From contig NZ_JASGDD010000043.1 in NCBI RefSeq assembly GCF_047607365.1, forward strand, positions 843 to 64,842: 64,000 nucleotides of DNA, given 5' to 3'. A model generated the notes under the pieces. That model did no database searches and was not told the origin of the DNA. It was given only the letters and a program-made list of their open reading frames with translations. This stretch comes from Nocardioides sp. (GTDB lineage: Bacteria > Actinomycetota > Actinomycetes > Propionibacteriales > Nocardioidaceae). Each line of letters begins with the position of its first letter. Within the stretch, counting starts at the first letter, position 1. This document shows positions 51,985 through 60,153 of the stretch, in pieces. The position numbers were made by a program, and so were the translations under genes.

Positions 51985-53007
51985 ACGCGTGATCTGCGGG
52001 CCCTGCCCAAGGCCCACCTGCACCTGCACTTCACCGGGTCGATGCGGCACTCGACGCTGCTCGAGCTGGCCGCCCGGGACGGGATCCGGCTGCCCGAGCA
52101 GCTCGTCACGGAGTGGCCGCCGGAGCTGTCGGCGGCCGACGAGAAGGGCTGGTTCCGCTTCCAGCGGCTCTACGACATCGCCCGCTCGGTGCTGCGCACG
52201 CCCGACGACATCTACCGGCTGATCCGCGAGGCGGCGGAGGACGACGTCGCCGACGGCAGCCGCTGGCTGGAGATCCAGGTCGACCCGTCGGGCTTCGCGG
52301 CGAAGTTCGACGGCATCACGGCCTTCACCGACCTCGTCCTCGACGCCGTCGCCGCCGCCTCCCGCGAGACCGGTCTCGCGATGTCGACGATCATCGCCTC
52401 CAACCGCACCCGGCATCCGCTGGACGCCCGGATCCTCGCCCGCCTCGCGGCGCAGTACGCCGGCAACGGGGTCTCCGGGTTCGGCCTCTCCAACGACGAG
52501 CGCCGCGGCTCGACCCCGGACTTCGCCCACGCCTTCGCCATCGCCGAGCGCGCCGGCCTCATGCTCGTCCCGCACGGCGGGGAGCTGCTCGGGCCCGCCC
52601 ACATCGAGACGGTGATCGAGGCGCTGCACCCGACACGGCTCGGCCACGGCGTACGCGCGGCGGAGGCGCCGGAGCTGCTCGATCGCGTGGTGGAGGCCGG
52701 GATCGCGCTGGAGGTCTGCCCGACGTCCAACGTGTCGCTCGGGGTCTACTCCTCGCTGGCGGAGGTGCCGGTGCCGACGCTGATGGCCGCGGGCGCGACG
52801 ATCGCGCTCGGCGCTGACGACCCGCTGCTGTTCGGCTCGCGGCTGCTCGGGCAGTACGCCGCCGTGCGCGCGGCCCACGACCTCGCCGACGCCCAGCTCG
52901 CGACCCTGGCGGCCGGGTCGATCCGTGCCTCGGCCGCGCCCGACTCGCTCAAGGCCGAGCTCCTGGCCGGGATCGACGACTGGCTCGCGGCGCCGCCCGA
53001 GCCGTAG
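51982..53007 (+). CDS. add: Adenosine deaminase
   Basis: 341 aa. LPKAHLHLHFTGSM, GFGLSNDE, HGGE, LGHGVRA, CPTSN, GADDPLLFG. Confidence 0.9.
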   Translation: MTRDLRALPKAHLHLHFTGSMRHSTLLELAARDGIRLPEQLVTEWPPELSAADEKGWFRFQRLYDIARSVLRTPDDIYRLIREAAEDDVADGSRWLEIQVDPSGFAAKFDGITAFTDLVLDAVAAASRETGLAMSTIIASNRTRHPLDARILARLAAQYAGNGVSGFGLSNDERRGSTPDFAHAFAIAERAGLMLVPHGGELLGPAHIETVIEALHPTRLGHGVRAAEAPELLDRVVEAGIALEVCPTSNVSLGVYSSLAEVPVPTLMAAGATIALGADDPLLFGSRLLGQYAAVRAAHDLADAQLATLAAGSIRASAAPDSLKAELLAGIDDWLAAPPEP

Positions 53008-53025
53008 GCGGAACCTCGAGGGCGT

Positions 53026-53073
53026 GGTGATCGATGCGGGGCCGACGCACAGCAGGTGCCCGCATCGATCACC
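53026..53073 (+). terminator. Candidate terminator hairpin after add
   Basis: Perfect 15-bp IR GGTGATCGATGCGGG (53026-53040) / CCCGCATCGATCACC (53059-53073) with an 18-nt loop. Lies 19 nt after the stop; no U-tract. Confidence 0.45.
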
Positions 53074-53106
53074 ATGCCCCGGGCGCGGATGGGGAATGAT
53101 GAGGCC

Positions 53107-53685
53107 ATGACCGAGTCGGAGCAGGATCCCGAGCCCACCACGCCGTTGCCGCCGCCGCAGTGGGGCGAGCAGCCCCCGCCGCCGCAGTACGGCCAGGGGC
53201 CGGCCTACCCGCCCCAGGGCCCGCCTCAGGGTCAGCCCTACGGCCAGCCGCAGAGCCCCGGGCAGCAGCCGAGCCCGCCCTACGGTCAGGCCTACGGGCA
53301 GCCCTACGGTCAGCCGCAGCCCACCCAGCAGTGGGCACCCCAGCCCGGCTACGCCGGCTACACCCAGGACGACCCCGGCGCGACCACCGCTCTCATCACC
53401 GGCATCATCAGCCTCGTCCTCGGGTTCATCTGCGGGGTCGGCTTCGTCGGCTCGCCCTTCGCGTGGGTGCTCGGCGCCCGCTCGAAGAAGCGGATCGACG
53501 CCTCCGGCGGCCGTCTCGGCGGCCGCGGCAACGCCCAGGCCGGCCTCATCCTGGGGATCATCGGCACGATCCTCCTCGTGCTCGCGATCCTGGCGATCAT
53601 CGCGTTCGTCGTGCTGATCATCGTCGGGGTCACGACGTCGAACGACTTCTCGACGACCTACGACGACTACGGCACGAGCGCCTGA
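53107..53685 (+). CDS. DUF4190-like membrane protein with Pro/Gln/Gly/Tyr-rich N-terminus
   Basis: ATG 53107 in ORF 53056..53685(+). PPQYGQGPAYPPQGPPQGQPYGQPQSPGQQPSPPYGQAYGQPYGQPQ, then two TM segments flanking RSKKRIDASGGRLGGRGNAQAG. Confidence 0.7.
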   Translation: MTESEQDPEPTTPLPPPQWGEQPPPPQYGQGPAYPPQGPPQGQPYGQPQSPGQQPSPPYGQAYGQPYGQPQPTQQWAPQPGYAGYTQDDPGATTALITGIISLVLGFICGVGFVGSPFAWVLGARSKKRIDASGGRLGGRGNAQAGLILGIIGTILLVLAILAIIAFVVLIIVGVTTSNDFSTTYDDYGTSA

Positions 53686-53697
53686 GGCGGCCGTACG

Positions 53698-54813
53698 TCA
53701 GGCCCGGCTGAGCAGGGTGAGCACCTCGTGGTGCTCGGTGTGCGGGAACATGTCGAGCAGCCGGGCGCTCCGGGGGACCAGCGACGGCATCCGCTCCAGG
53801 TCGGCGGCCAGCGTGCGGGCGTTGCACGAGGAGTAGACGACGTACCGCACGCCGGAGGCCTCCAGCCACGCCGAGAGCGCGGGGCCGATGCCGCGGCGGG
53901 GTGGGTTCACGACGACCAGCTCCGGCACGTGCCGCGGATCGCTGTCGAGGGCGAACGCGGTCGCATCGCCGGCGACCCAGGTCGCCTCCGCGCCGCGCTC
54001 GGCCGAGGTCAGCCGGGCGGAGTCGATCGCCTGCTCGCTCGTCTCCACCCCGACGACCGCCCGGCCCGCGGCGGCGACGTGCAGCCCGAATCCGCCGACG
54101 CCGCAGTAGAGGTCCCATACCGACGCCGGCGCCACGGCGTCGACCAGCCCGGACGCCTCGCCGTAGAGCCGCGCCGCGACCTCGGTGTTGGTCTGGAAGA
54201 ACGACTGCGGCCGCAGGTGCAGCCCGATCCCGTTGACCTCCATCCGCAGCGTCTCCTGCTCGGTCAGCAGGATCTCGTCGGGCCCCTCGAGGATCGCCGT
54301 GTGCCGCGGCTGCAGGTTGACGCTCGCCACCACGACCGGCAGTGCGTCGGTGAGCAGATGGAGGTGCTTGCGCAGCCGAGGCACCGCCTCGCTCGAACGC
54401 AGCACGAAGCGGACCATCAGGTCACCGCTCGGCGCGACGGTCGCGATGACGTGCTTGAGCTCGCCCCGCCTCTCCGGCACCGCGTACGGCGTCACGCCGG
54501 CCGCCCGCACGAGGTCGGCGACCAGCGGCAGGGCGTCGTGGAGTCGTGGGTCGTGCAGGCCGCACTCGCGCAGGTCGACGCCGCGGCCGTCGTGGTCGAG
54601 GATCCCCAGCGTCGGCTCGGCGGCGGTGCCGCCGACGACCATCTTGGCCTTGTTGCGGAACCCGGACTCGTACGAGGCGACGGGCTCGCGCCAGCGGACC
54701 TCGGGGAGCATCGCGGCGACGGCGGCCTGCTTGCGCGCCAGCTGGACGGCGTACGGCGTTGTGAGCCAGTGGCAGGACCGGCATACGCCCGCGTCGAAGT
54801 AGCCGCAGTCCAT
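53698..54813 (-). CDS. RNA (uracil-5)-methyltransferase, RlmC/RumB-like
   Basis: ATG 54813 (MDCGYFDAGVCRSCHW, N-terminal Cys cluster). FFQTN, VWDLYCGVGGFGLH, VVVNPPRRG, YSSCN. Confidence 0.82.
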   Translation of the reverse strand: MDCGYFDAGVCRSCHWLTTPYAVQLARKQAAVAAMLPEVRWREPVASYESGFRNKAKMVVGGTAAEPTLGILDHDGRGVDLRECGLHDPRLHDALPLVADLVRAAGVTPYAVPERRGELKHVIATVAPSGDLMVRFVLRSSEAVPRLRKHLHLLTDALPVVVASVNLQPRHTAILEGPDEILLTEQETLRMEVNGIGLHLRPQSFFQTNTEVAARLYGEASGLVDAVAPASVWDLYCGVGGFGLHVAAAGRAVVGVETSEQAIDSARLTSAERGAEATWVAGDATAFALDSDPRHVPELVVVNPPRRGIGPALSAWLEASGVRYVVYSSCNARTLAADLERMPSLVPRSARLLDMFPHTEHHEVLTLLSRA

Positions 54814-54820
54814 CGGCGGC

Positions 54821-55855
54821 TCAGAGGTCGGCGCCGAGGAGCACCGGCTCGGGCACCAGCTCGATGCCGAACTCCCGCTCGACACCGTCACGGATCTCGC
54901 GGGCCAGCGCGATCAGCTCCCGGGTCGTGCCGGAGCCGCGGTTGGTGAGGGCCAGGACGTGCTTGGTCGACAGGCTGACCCGTCCGCCCCAGGGCGTCGT
55001 GGGCGCGGCGCCGTAGCCCCGCTCGTAGCCGGCGTGCTCGATGAGCCAGGCGGCGTTGATCTTCACCCTCCCGTCCGGCTGGGGATGTCCCCCGGCCCCG
55101 GGCGGCACGTCGGCCGGATCGACGAAGGGATTGGTGAAGAAGGAGCCGGCGCTCCAGGTGTCGTGGTCGGCGCGATCGATCACCATCCCCTTCGCGCCGC
55201 GCAGGGCGAGGACGGCCTCGCGGACCTCGGCGATCGGCGCCCGGCCGCCGGGCTCGACGCCGAGGGTGCCGGCCAGCTCGGCGTAGCGGATCGGGGCCGA
55301 CAGCGTCCCCGGCTCGAGCTGGAAGACCACCTCGACGATCACGTGGCGGCCGGGGTCGGCCTTGAACCTGCTGTGCCGGTAGCCGAACTGGCAGTCGGCC
55401 ATGGCGAAGGTGCGGAAGCCGCGGAGCACCCGGTCCCACACCCGCACCTGGGCGATGGTCTGGGACACCTCCGCGCCGTAGGCGCCGACGTTCTGGATCG
55501 GCGTCGCGCCGACGGAGCCGGGGATGCCCGAGAGCGCCTCGAGCCCGGTCCAGCCGTGCTCGACGGCGTAGGCGACGAGGTCGTCGAGCGACTCCCCCGC
55601 GGCGACCGTGACGAGCACCCCGCCGCACATCGGGCCGGTGTCCTCGGTGTCGGGCGCGATGCCGCGGGTGGCGACGTGGACGACCGTGCCCGGGACGCCC
55701 TCGTCGGCGACGACGAGGTTGGAGCCGCCACCGAGGATCAGCGCGTCGCGGTCGTTCGCCGCCTCGGTGAGCTCCTCGAGCGTCGTCGCCTCGACCCAGG
55801 TGCCCGCCGGTCCCCCCAGGTGGAGCGTGGTGTGGTCGGCGAGCAGTTCGGGCAC
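54821..55855 (-). CDS. murB: UDP-N-acetylenolpyruvoylglucosamine reductase
   Basis: 344 aa. TTLHLGGPA, ILGGGSNLVVAD, SGIPGSVGATPIQNVGAYG, SAGSFFTNP. Confidence 0.92.
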   Translation of the reverse strand: MPELLADHTTLHLGGPAGTWVEATTLEELTEAANDRDALILGGGSNLVVADEGVPGTVVHVATRGIAPDTEDTGPMCGGVLVTVAAGESLDDLVAYAVEHGWTGLEALSGIPGSVGATPIQNVGAYGAEVSQTIAQVRVWDRVLRGFRTFAMADCQFGYRHSRFKADPGRHVIVEVVFQLEPGTLSAPIRYAELAGTLGVEPGGRAPIAEVREAVLALRGAKGMVIDRADHDTWSAGSFFTNPFVDPADVPPGAGGHPQPDGRVKINAAWLIEHAGYERGYGAAPTTPWGGRVSLSTKHVLALTNRGSGTTRELIALAREIRDGVEREFGIELVPEPVLLGADL

Positions 55856-55943
55856 CCGCCCATCCTCTCAGGCGGGCCGCCCAGCTGGGTAAGTGCTGGT
55901 GAAGGCCGGCGGAGCACGTCTCTCGGCAGGCGTTGACCAGCAG

Positions 55944-56336
55944 TTAGCTCTGGGGGAGACGTACGACGGCGCGGGGGTTGCCGAGGACGCGCTGGCCCGC
56001 GCAGGTGACCTCGAGGGCGAGGGCGAGGGTGCCGTCGCCGGGCTTGACGGACCTCACGGCCACCGTGACCTCCGCCGCGCCCTCGGGCGGGACGACGACG
56101 GGCGAGGTGAACTTGGTGGCCAGCTCGAGGACCTCGGCGCCGTCGGTCCAGTCGTGGACGGCGCCGGCGACGAGGCCCATGGTGAGCATGCCATGGGCGA
56201 TGACGCCGGGCAGCCCGACCGCGGCGGCCACCTCGTCGGACCGGTGGATCGGGTTGTGGTCGCCGCTCGCCTCGGCGTAGGCGGCCAGGTCCGCGCGGGT
56301 GAGCGTGAAGACCCGCGGCTCGTAGGCATCGGTCAT
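55944..56336 (-). CDS. MaoC-like (R)-specific dehydratase, HadB-like catalytic subunit
   Basis: ATG 56336 (MTDAYEPRVFTLTRADLAAYAEASGDHNPIHRSDEVAAAVGLPGVIAHGM, hydratase motif). ATGA overlap with the upstream gene. Confidence 0.85.
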   Translation of the reverse strand: MTDAYEPRVFTLTRADLAAYAEASGDHNPIHRSDEVAAAVGLPGVIAHGMLTMGLVAGAVHDWTDGAEVLELATKFTSPVVVPPEGAAEVTVAVRSVKPGDGTLALALEVTCAGQRVLGNPRAVVRLPQS

Positions 56337-56725
56337 GCGACCACTCCGCCCGAGTGGACCAGCGTCGCGCGGGCCTCGCCCACGACCTCGCCGGCGGCGT
56401 CGGTCAGCGTGGTCACGGTGCCGATCACGTCGGCGCCGCCGAGCGAGCGGAGGGAGGCGATCGACATCGTCGCCGTCAGCTCGTCGTCGACCACGATCGG
56501 CCGGCGCCAGGCGAAGCGCTGCTCGCCGTGCACGATCCGCTCCACGCTCGCCCCCACCTCGGCGAGGAAGGCGAGCATCGCGTCGTTCAGGAGAACGATC
56601 GGAAACGTCGGCGGGACGCCCTCGCCGGCGTACGACGTCGCGCGAGCGAACGCGGCGACCCGCTCCCCCTCGACGGCCCACGGGCCCAGCGGGGCGAACT
56701 CGCGCCCGACAAGAGACTCATCCAC
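56333..56725 (-). CDS. MaoC-like dehydratase N-terminal-type subunit (HadA/HadC-like)
   Basis: In ORF 56333..56845(-). VDESLVGREFAPLGPWAVEGERVAAFARAT...HGEQRFAWRRPIVVDDEL. The GTG 56725 start is uncertain because the SD spacing is too short. Confidence 0.7.
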   Translation of the reverse strand: MDESLVGREFAPLGPWAVEGERVAAFARATSYAGEGVPPTFPIVLLNDAMLAFLAEVGASVERIVHGEQRFAWRRPIVVDDELTATMSIASLRSLGGADVIGTVTTLTDAAGEVVGEARATLVHSGGVVA

Positions 56726-56786
56726 GCCTCCGACCGTAGGGCCGCGGCGACCGCGGCCCTCTCCGTGGGGCCTCCAAAGATCGGAT

Positions 56787-56852
56787 CGTGCCTTTGTGGG
56801 GTTACACCCGGGGCCGCGGCGACCGCCCGGCGCGTCACCCCGCAAAGGCGCG
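56787..56852. repeat. Hairpin in the rpmG / had-like intergenic region
   Basis: CGTGCCTTTGTGGGGTTAC (56787-56805) pairs with GTCACCCCGCAAAGGCGCG (56834-56852), 17 of 19. The loop carries GGGCCGCGGCGACCGC, which is also present at 56739-56754 inside a 9-bp-arm palindrome. Confidence 0.6.
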
Positions 56853-56927
56853 GTTCTGGCCGCCCGAAATGGCGAAGACCCCGCCGGGGCGGGGCCTTCG
56901 AGGGCTGCGTCGGTCGATCGCCGCGAC

Positions 56928-57098
56928 TCAGCGGGTCTCGCGGTGCGGCTGGTGGGTGCGGCAGCGCGGGCAGAACTTCGACAGCTCGATGCGGTCGGGG
57001 TCGTTGCGCCGGTTCTTCTTGGTGATGTAGTTGCGCTCCTTGCACTCAGTGCACGCCAGAGTGATCTTGGGGCGAACGTCGCTGCTCTTGGAGGCCAT
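56928..57098 (-). CDS. rpmG: 50S ribosomal protein L33
   Basis: Translated by hand: [56 protein letters not shown] (56 aa). Below the ORF-track size cut-off. Confidence 0.92.
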   Translation of the reverse strand: MASKSSDVRPKITLACTECKERNYITKKNRRNDPDRIELSKFCPRCRTHQPHRETR

Positions 57099-57146
57099 GG
57101 GAAGTCCTTATGGTGGATTGGTACTGGGTGACGCCGGATGAGTCCT

Positions 57147-57223
57147 TGGTAGCGGGGGCGGGGATCGAACCCGCGACCTCACGATTATGAGTCGTGCGCT
57201 CTAACCGCCTGAGCTACCCCGCC
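57147..57223 (-). tRNA. tRNA-Met (anticodon CAT, elongator-type), CCA encoded
   Basis: Hand-folded: GGCGGGG TA GCTC AGGCGGTTA GAGC G CACGA CTCATAA TCGTG AGGTC GCGGG TTCGATC CCCGC CCCCGCT A CCA. The anticodon stem lacks the 3 G-C pairs of an initiator. Confidence 0.88.
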
Positions 57224-57227
57224 ACAG

Positions 57228-57299
<72 letters not shown>

Positions 57300-57360
57300 A
57301 ACGACCGAGAAGATTACCGACGCAGCGGCTCCGCCACAAAATCGGTGTGCAACTGTGAGC

Positions 57361-58386
57361 TCACTGCCGCGAACGGAGCCGTACGCCGGGCAGCGCGGGC
57401 GCCGGGATCGGTGGCAGGTGGTCGCCCACGACCGTCCCGAACCGGGACCCTCCGACCTGCTGCGCATCGGCGACGACCTCGCCGGAGTCCGGGTCGAGGA
57501 TCGCTCCCTGCCAGTCCTCGCGCGCGGCGACGATCTCCTCGTGGCTGCGGCCCACGAAGTTCCACCACATCACGATCGACTCCCCGAAGGGCGGGCCGCC
57601 GAGGAGCAGCAGCCGGGTCGGCTCGCTCGCCTCGAGGAGGAGCGTCGAGGCGCCGGGCGGGGTGTAGGCCAGCTCGCCCTTCGCCACCAGCGTCGCCTCC
57701 CCCGAGCCGAGCCCCGGGCCGATCCCCAGGGCGACGCCGCCGACGTCGACGAGGACGCCGTGCTCGAACGCCGGGTCGATGTCCAGAGCGAGCGTCGCTC
57801 CCGGCGCCAGCTGGAGCTCGGCGCCGAGCAGCGGCGTGTGGGTCGGCACCGGCGAGGTCGAGCCGAGCAGCGAGCCGAGGAAGACCCGGGCCGACCAGCC
57901 CTCGCCGGTCAGCTCCGGCGGGACGAAGTGGTCGAAGCGCGGCTCGGTCTCGCGGACCGCGTCGGGCAGGGCGGTCCACAGCTGCGCGCCGTGGAGCACC
58001 GGGGACGAGTCGTCGGAGATCTCCGAGTGCGAGATGCCGCGGCCGCCGGTCATGAGGTTGACCTCGCCCGGACGGACCATCGCGTGGTTGCCCGCCGAGT
58101 CGCGGTGCTCGATCAGCCCGGCGAAGAGCCACGACACGGTCTGGAGGCCGATGTGCGGGTGCGGCGCCACCTTCATCCCGCCGGTCTCGGCGACGTCGTC
58201 GGGCCCGTAGTGGTCGAGGAAGCACCACGCGCCGATCATCGACCTCTCCCGGGACGGCAGCGTCCGGCGTACGGTCATCGCGCGGGGACCGCCCAGGGGC
58301 ACGTCGCGCGCCGCGATGACCTCCACGCACGTGCCCGGGTGGCCCGCACCGTCCGTGAGTCGCGGATCGCGCTCAGGATTGGTCAT
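57361..58386 (-). CDS. Pirin-family protein
   Basis: ATG 58386 (MTNPERDP...) in ORF 57361..58470(-). FLDHYGP, APHPHIGLQTVSWLF, HRDSAGNHAMVRPGEVNLMTGGRGISHSE. Confidence 0.85.
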   Translation of the reverse strand: MTNPERDPRLTDGAGHPGTCVEVIAARDVPLGGPRAMTVRRTLPSRERSMIGAWCFLDHYGPDDVAETGGMKVAPHPHIGLQTVSWLFAGLIEHRDSAGNHAMVRPGEVNLMTGGRGISHSEISDDSSPVLHGAQLWTALPDAVRETEPRFDHFVPPELTGEGWSARVFLGSLLGSTSPVPTHTPLLGAELQLAPGATLALDIDPAFEHGVLVDVGGVALGIGPGLGSGEATLVAKGELAYTPPGASTLLLEASEPTRLLLLGGPPFGESIVMWWNFVGRSHEEIVAAREDWQGAILDPDSGEVVADAQQVGGSRFGTVVGDHLPPIPAPALPGVRLRSRQ

Positions 58387-58421
58387 AGACCCATGGTCCC
58401 ACCGCCGACTACCTTGCCTCC

Positions 58422-59186
58422 ATGACGCTCCCTCCTGAAGGCCCCGGGTGGGGCCAGGCCCCGCCTCCACCGCCTCCCGGCCCCGCGCCCGCGCCGGGCT
58501 CGTCCGACGGCTACTCCGTCGGCGACGCCCTCTCCTACGGCTGGGCGAAGTTCCAGTCCAACCTCGGCCCGAGCATCCTGCTGGGACTCCTCGTGATCGT
58601 CGTGTCCGTCGTGCTCGCCGTGGTGGGCGTGGTGATCAGCAGCCTGCTCACCACCGGGCCCCACGTCAACGACGACTACACGGTGAGCGAGGGCAGCGGC
58701 TTCCTCGTCCGGTGGTTCGCCCAGGGCATCTCGACGGCGATCTCCTTCCTGGGCAGCACCATCGGCAGCGCCCTGGTGGTGCGTGCCGGGCTCGACATCA
58801 CCGAGGGCAAGGGCCTCGACGTCGGCGACATCTTCGGCCGGATCCCGTGGGCGAAGGTCTTCATCCTCGCGCTGATCCAGTCGGCGATCCTGTTCGTCGG
58901 CTTCCTGCTCTGCATCCTCCCCGGCATCGTCGCCGCGTTCCTGCTCTACTACGCGACCTACTTCGTCATCGACAGGGGTCTCGAGCCGGTGGACGCGCTC
59001 AAGGCCAGCTTCGAGCTGGTGAAGAGCAACGTGGGCAGTGCCCTGGTGTGGGCCATCGTCGCGGCGATCGTCTCCGTCGTCGGCCTCTGCCTCTGCGGTG
59101 TGGGCGCCCTCGCGACGCTCCCGATCGCGGCGTTCGGCACCGCCTACACCTACAAGAAGCTCAACGGCCAGCCGGTCGCGGCCTGA
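58422..59186 (+). CDS. Integral membrane protein with Pro-rich N-terminus (unknown function)
   Basis: 254 aa. PPPPPPGPAPAPGSS, then ~5 hydrophobic segments. Family not confidently recognised. Confidence 0.6.
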   Translation: MTLPPEGPGWGQAPPPPPPGPAPAPGSSDGYSVGDALSYGWAKFQSNLGPSILLGLLVIVVSVVLAVVGVVISSLLTTGPHVNDDYTVSEGSGFLVRWFAQGISTAISFLGSTIGSALVVRAGLDITEGKGLDVGDIFGRIPWAKVFILALIQSAILFVGFLLCILPGIVAAFLLYYATYFVIDRGLEPVDALKASFELVKSNVGSALVWAIVAAIVSVVGLCLCGVGALATLPIAAFGTAYTYKKLNGQPVAA

Positions 59187-59235
59187 CCCACGGGTGGCAC
59201 CACGAGGTGCACCCGCTCGCCCCTAGGGTGAGCGG

Positions 59236-60153
59236 GTGCACCTCGACCTCTATCCGGAGCCGGTCCACACGATCGCGCACCTGTCGGACACCCATCTCCT
59301 GGCCGGGGGCGCGAGGCAGTACGACGTGGTCGAGCCCGAGACGGGCCTCGTGGCCGCTCTGGAGCGGCTGAGCCGCCTCGACCTGCCGCCCGACGTGGTG
59401 CTCGTGACCGGGGATCTGGCCGATCTGGGCGAGCCGACGGCGTACGAGCGTCTGAAGGAGCTGGTCGAGCCGGCGGCCGCCGACCTGGGCGCCGAGCTGG
59501 TGTGGGTGATGGGCAACCACGACGAGCGGCCGGCCTACTCGCGGATCCTCTTCGGCGCGGAGTCGGCGCGCGAGCAGGACGCCGTGTACGACGTCGGCGG
59601 GCTGCGCGTGATCTCGCTGGACTCGACGGTGCCGGGCTACCACCACGGGCTGGTCACGCCGGAGCAGCTCGGATGGCTGCGCGAGGTGCTCAGCGAGCCG
59701 GCGCCGCACGGGACGATCATCGGGATGCACCACCCGCCCATCCCGCTGCCGCTGGCGCCGGTCGACGCGATCATCGGGCTCTACGACCACGACGCGCTGG
59801 CGGCGGTGCTCGAGGGTACCGACGTGCGCGGGATCCTGGCCGGTCACCTGCACTACTCGACGTACTCGACCTTCGCGGGGATCCCGGTCTCGGTGGCGTC
59901 GGCGTCCTGCTACACCGTCGACCCGGTGCCCGCGGCCGCGATCCTGCGCGGCGTCGACGGCGGTCGCTCCATCACCATGACCCACGTGTACGACGACCGG
60001 CTGGTGCACACGATCGTGCCCCTCGCCGAGGAGCCGGCCGTGTACAACATCGACCCGGTGCTGCTCGGGGCCCTGGAGGCGCTGTCGCCCGAGGAGCGGA
60101 TCGACCAGCTCTCCCGCAAGGACTCGGAGTTCAACACCTCAGGCCGGTGGTAG
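59236..60153 (+). CDS. Class III metallophosphoesterase, cyclic-nucleotide phosphodiesterase CpdA/Rv0805-like
   Basis: 305 aa, GTG start. Motifs LSDTH, VTGDLAD, GNHD, MHHPP, GHLH. Confidence 0.82.
   Translation: MHLDLYPEPVHTIAHLSDTHLLAGGARQYDVVEPETGLVAALERLSRLDLPPDVVLVTGDLADLGEPTAYERLKELVEPAAADLGAELVWVMGNHDERPAYSRILFGAESAREQDAVYDVGGLRVISLDSTVPGYHHGLVTPEQLGWLREVLSEPAPHGTIIGMHHPPIPLPLAPVDAIIGLYDHDALAAVLEGTDVRGILAGHLHYSTYSTFAGIPVSVASASCYTVDPVPAAAILRGVDGGRSITMTHVYDDRLVHTIVPLAEEPAVYNIDPVLLGALEALSPEERIDQLSRKDSEFNTSGRW

Noticed and set aside
57147-57223. tRNA-Met as the initiator tRNA.
   Set aside because: The anticodon stem (CACGA/TCGTG) lacks the three consecutive G-C pairs characteristic of bacterial initiator tRNA, so I called it an elongator.
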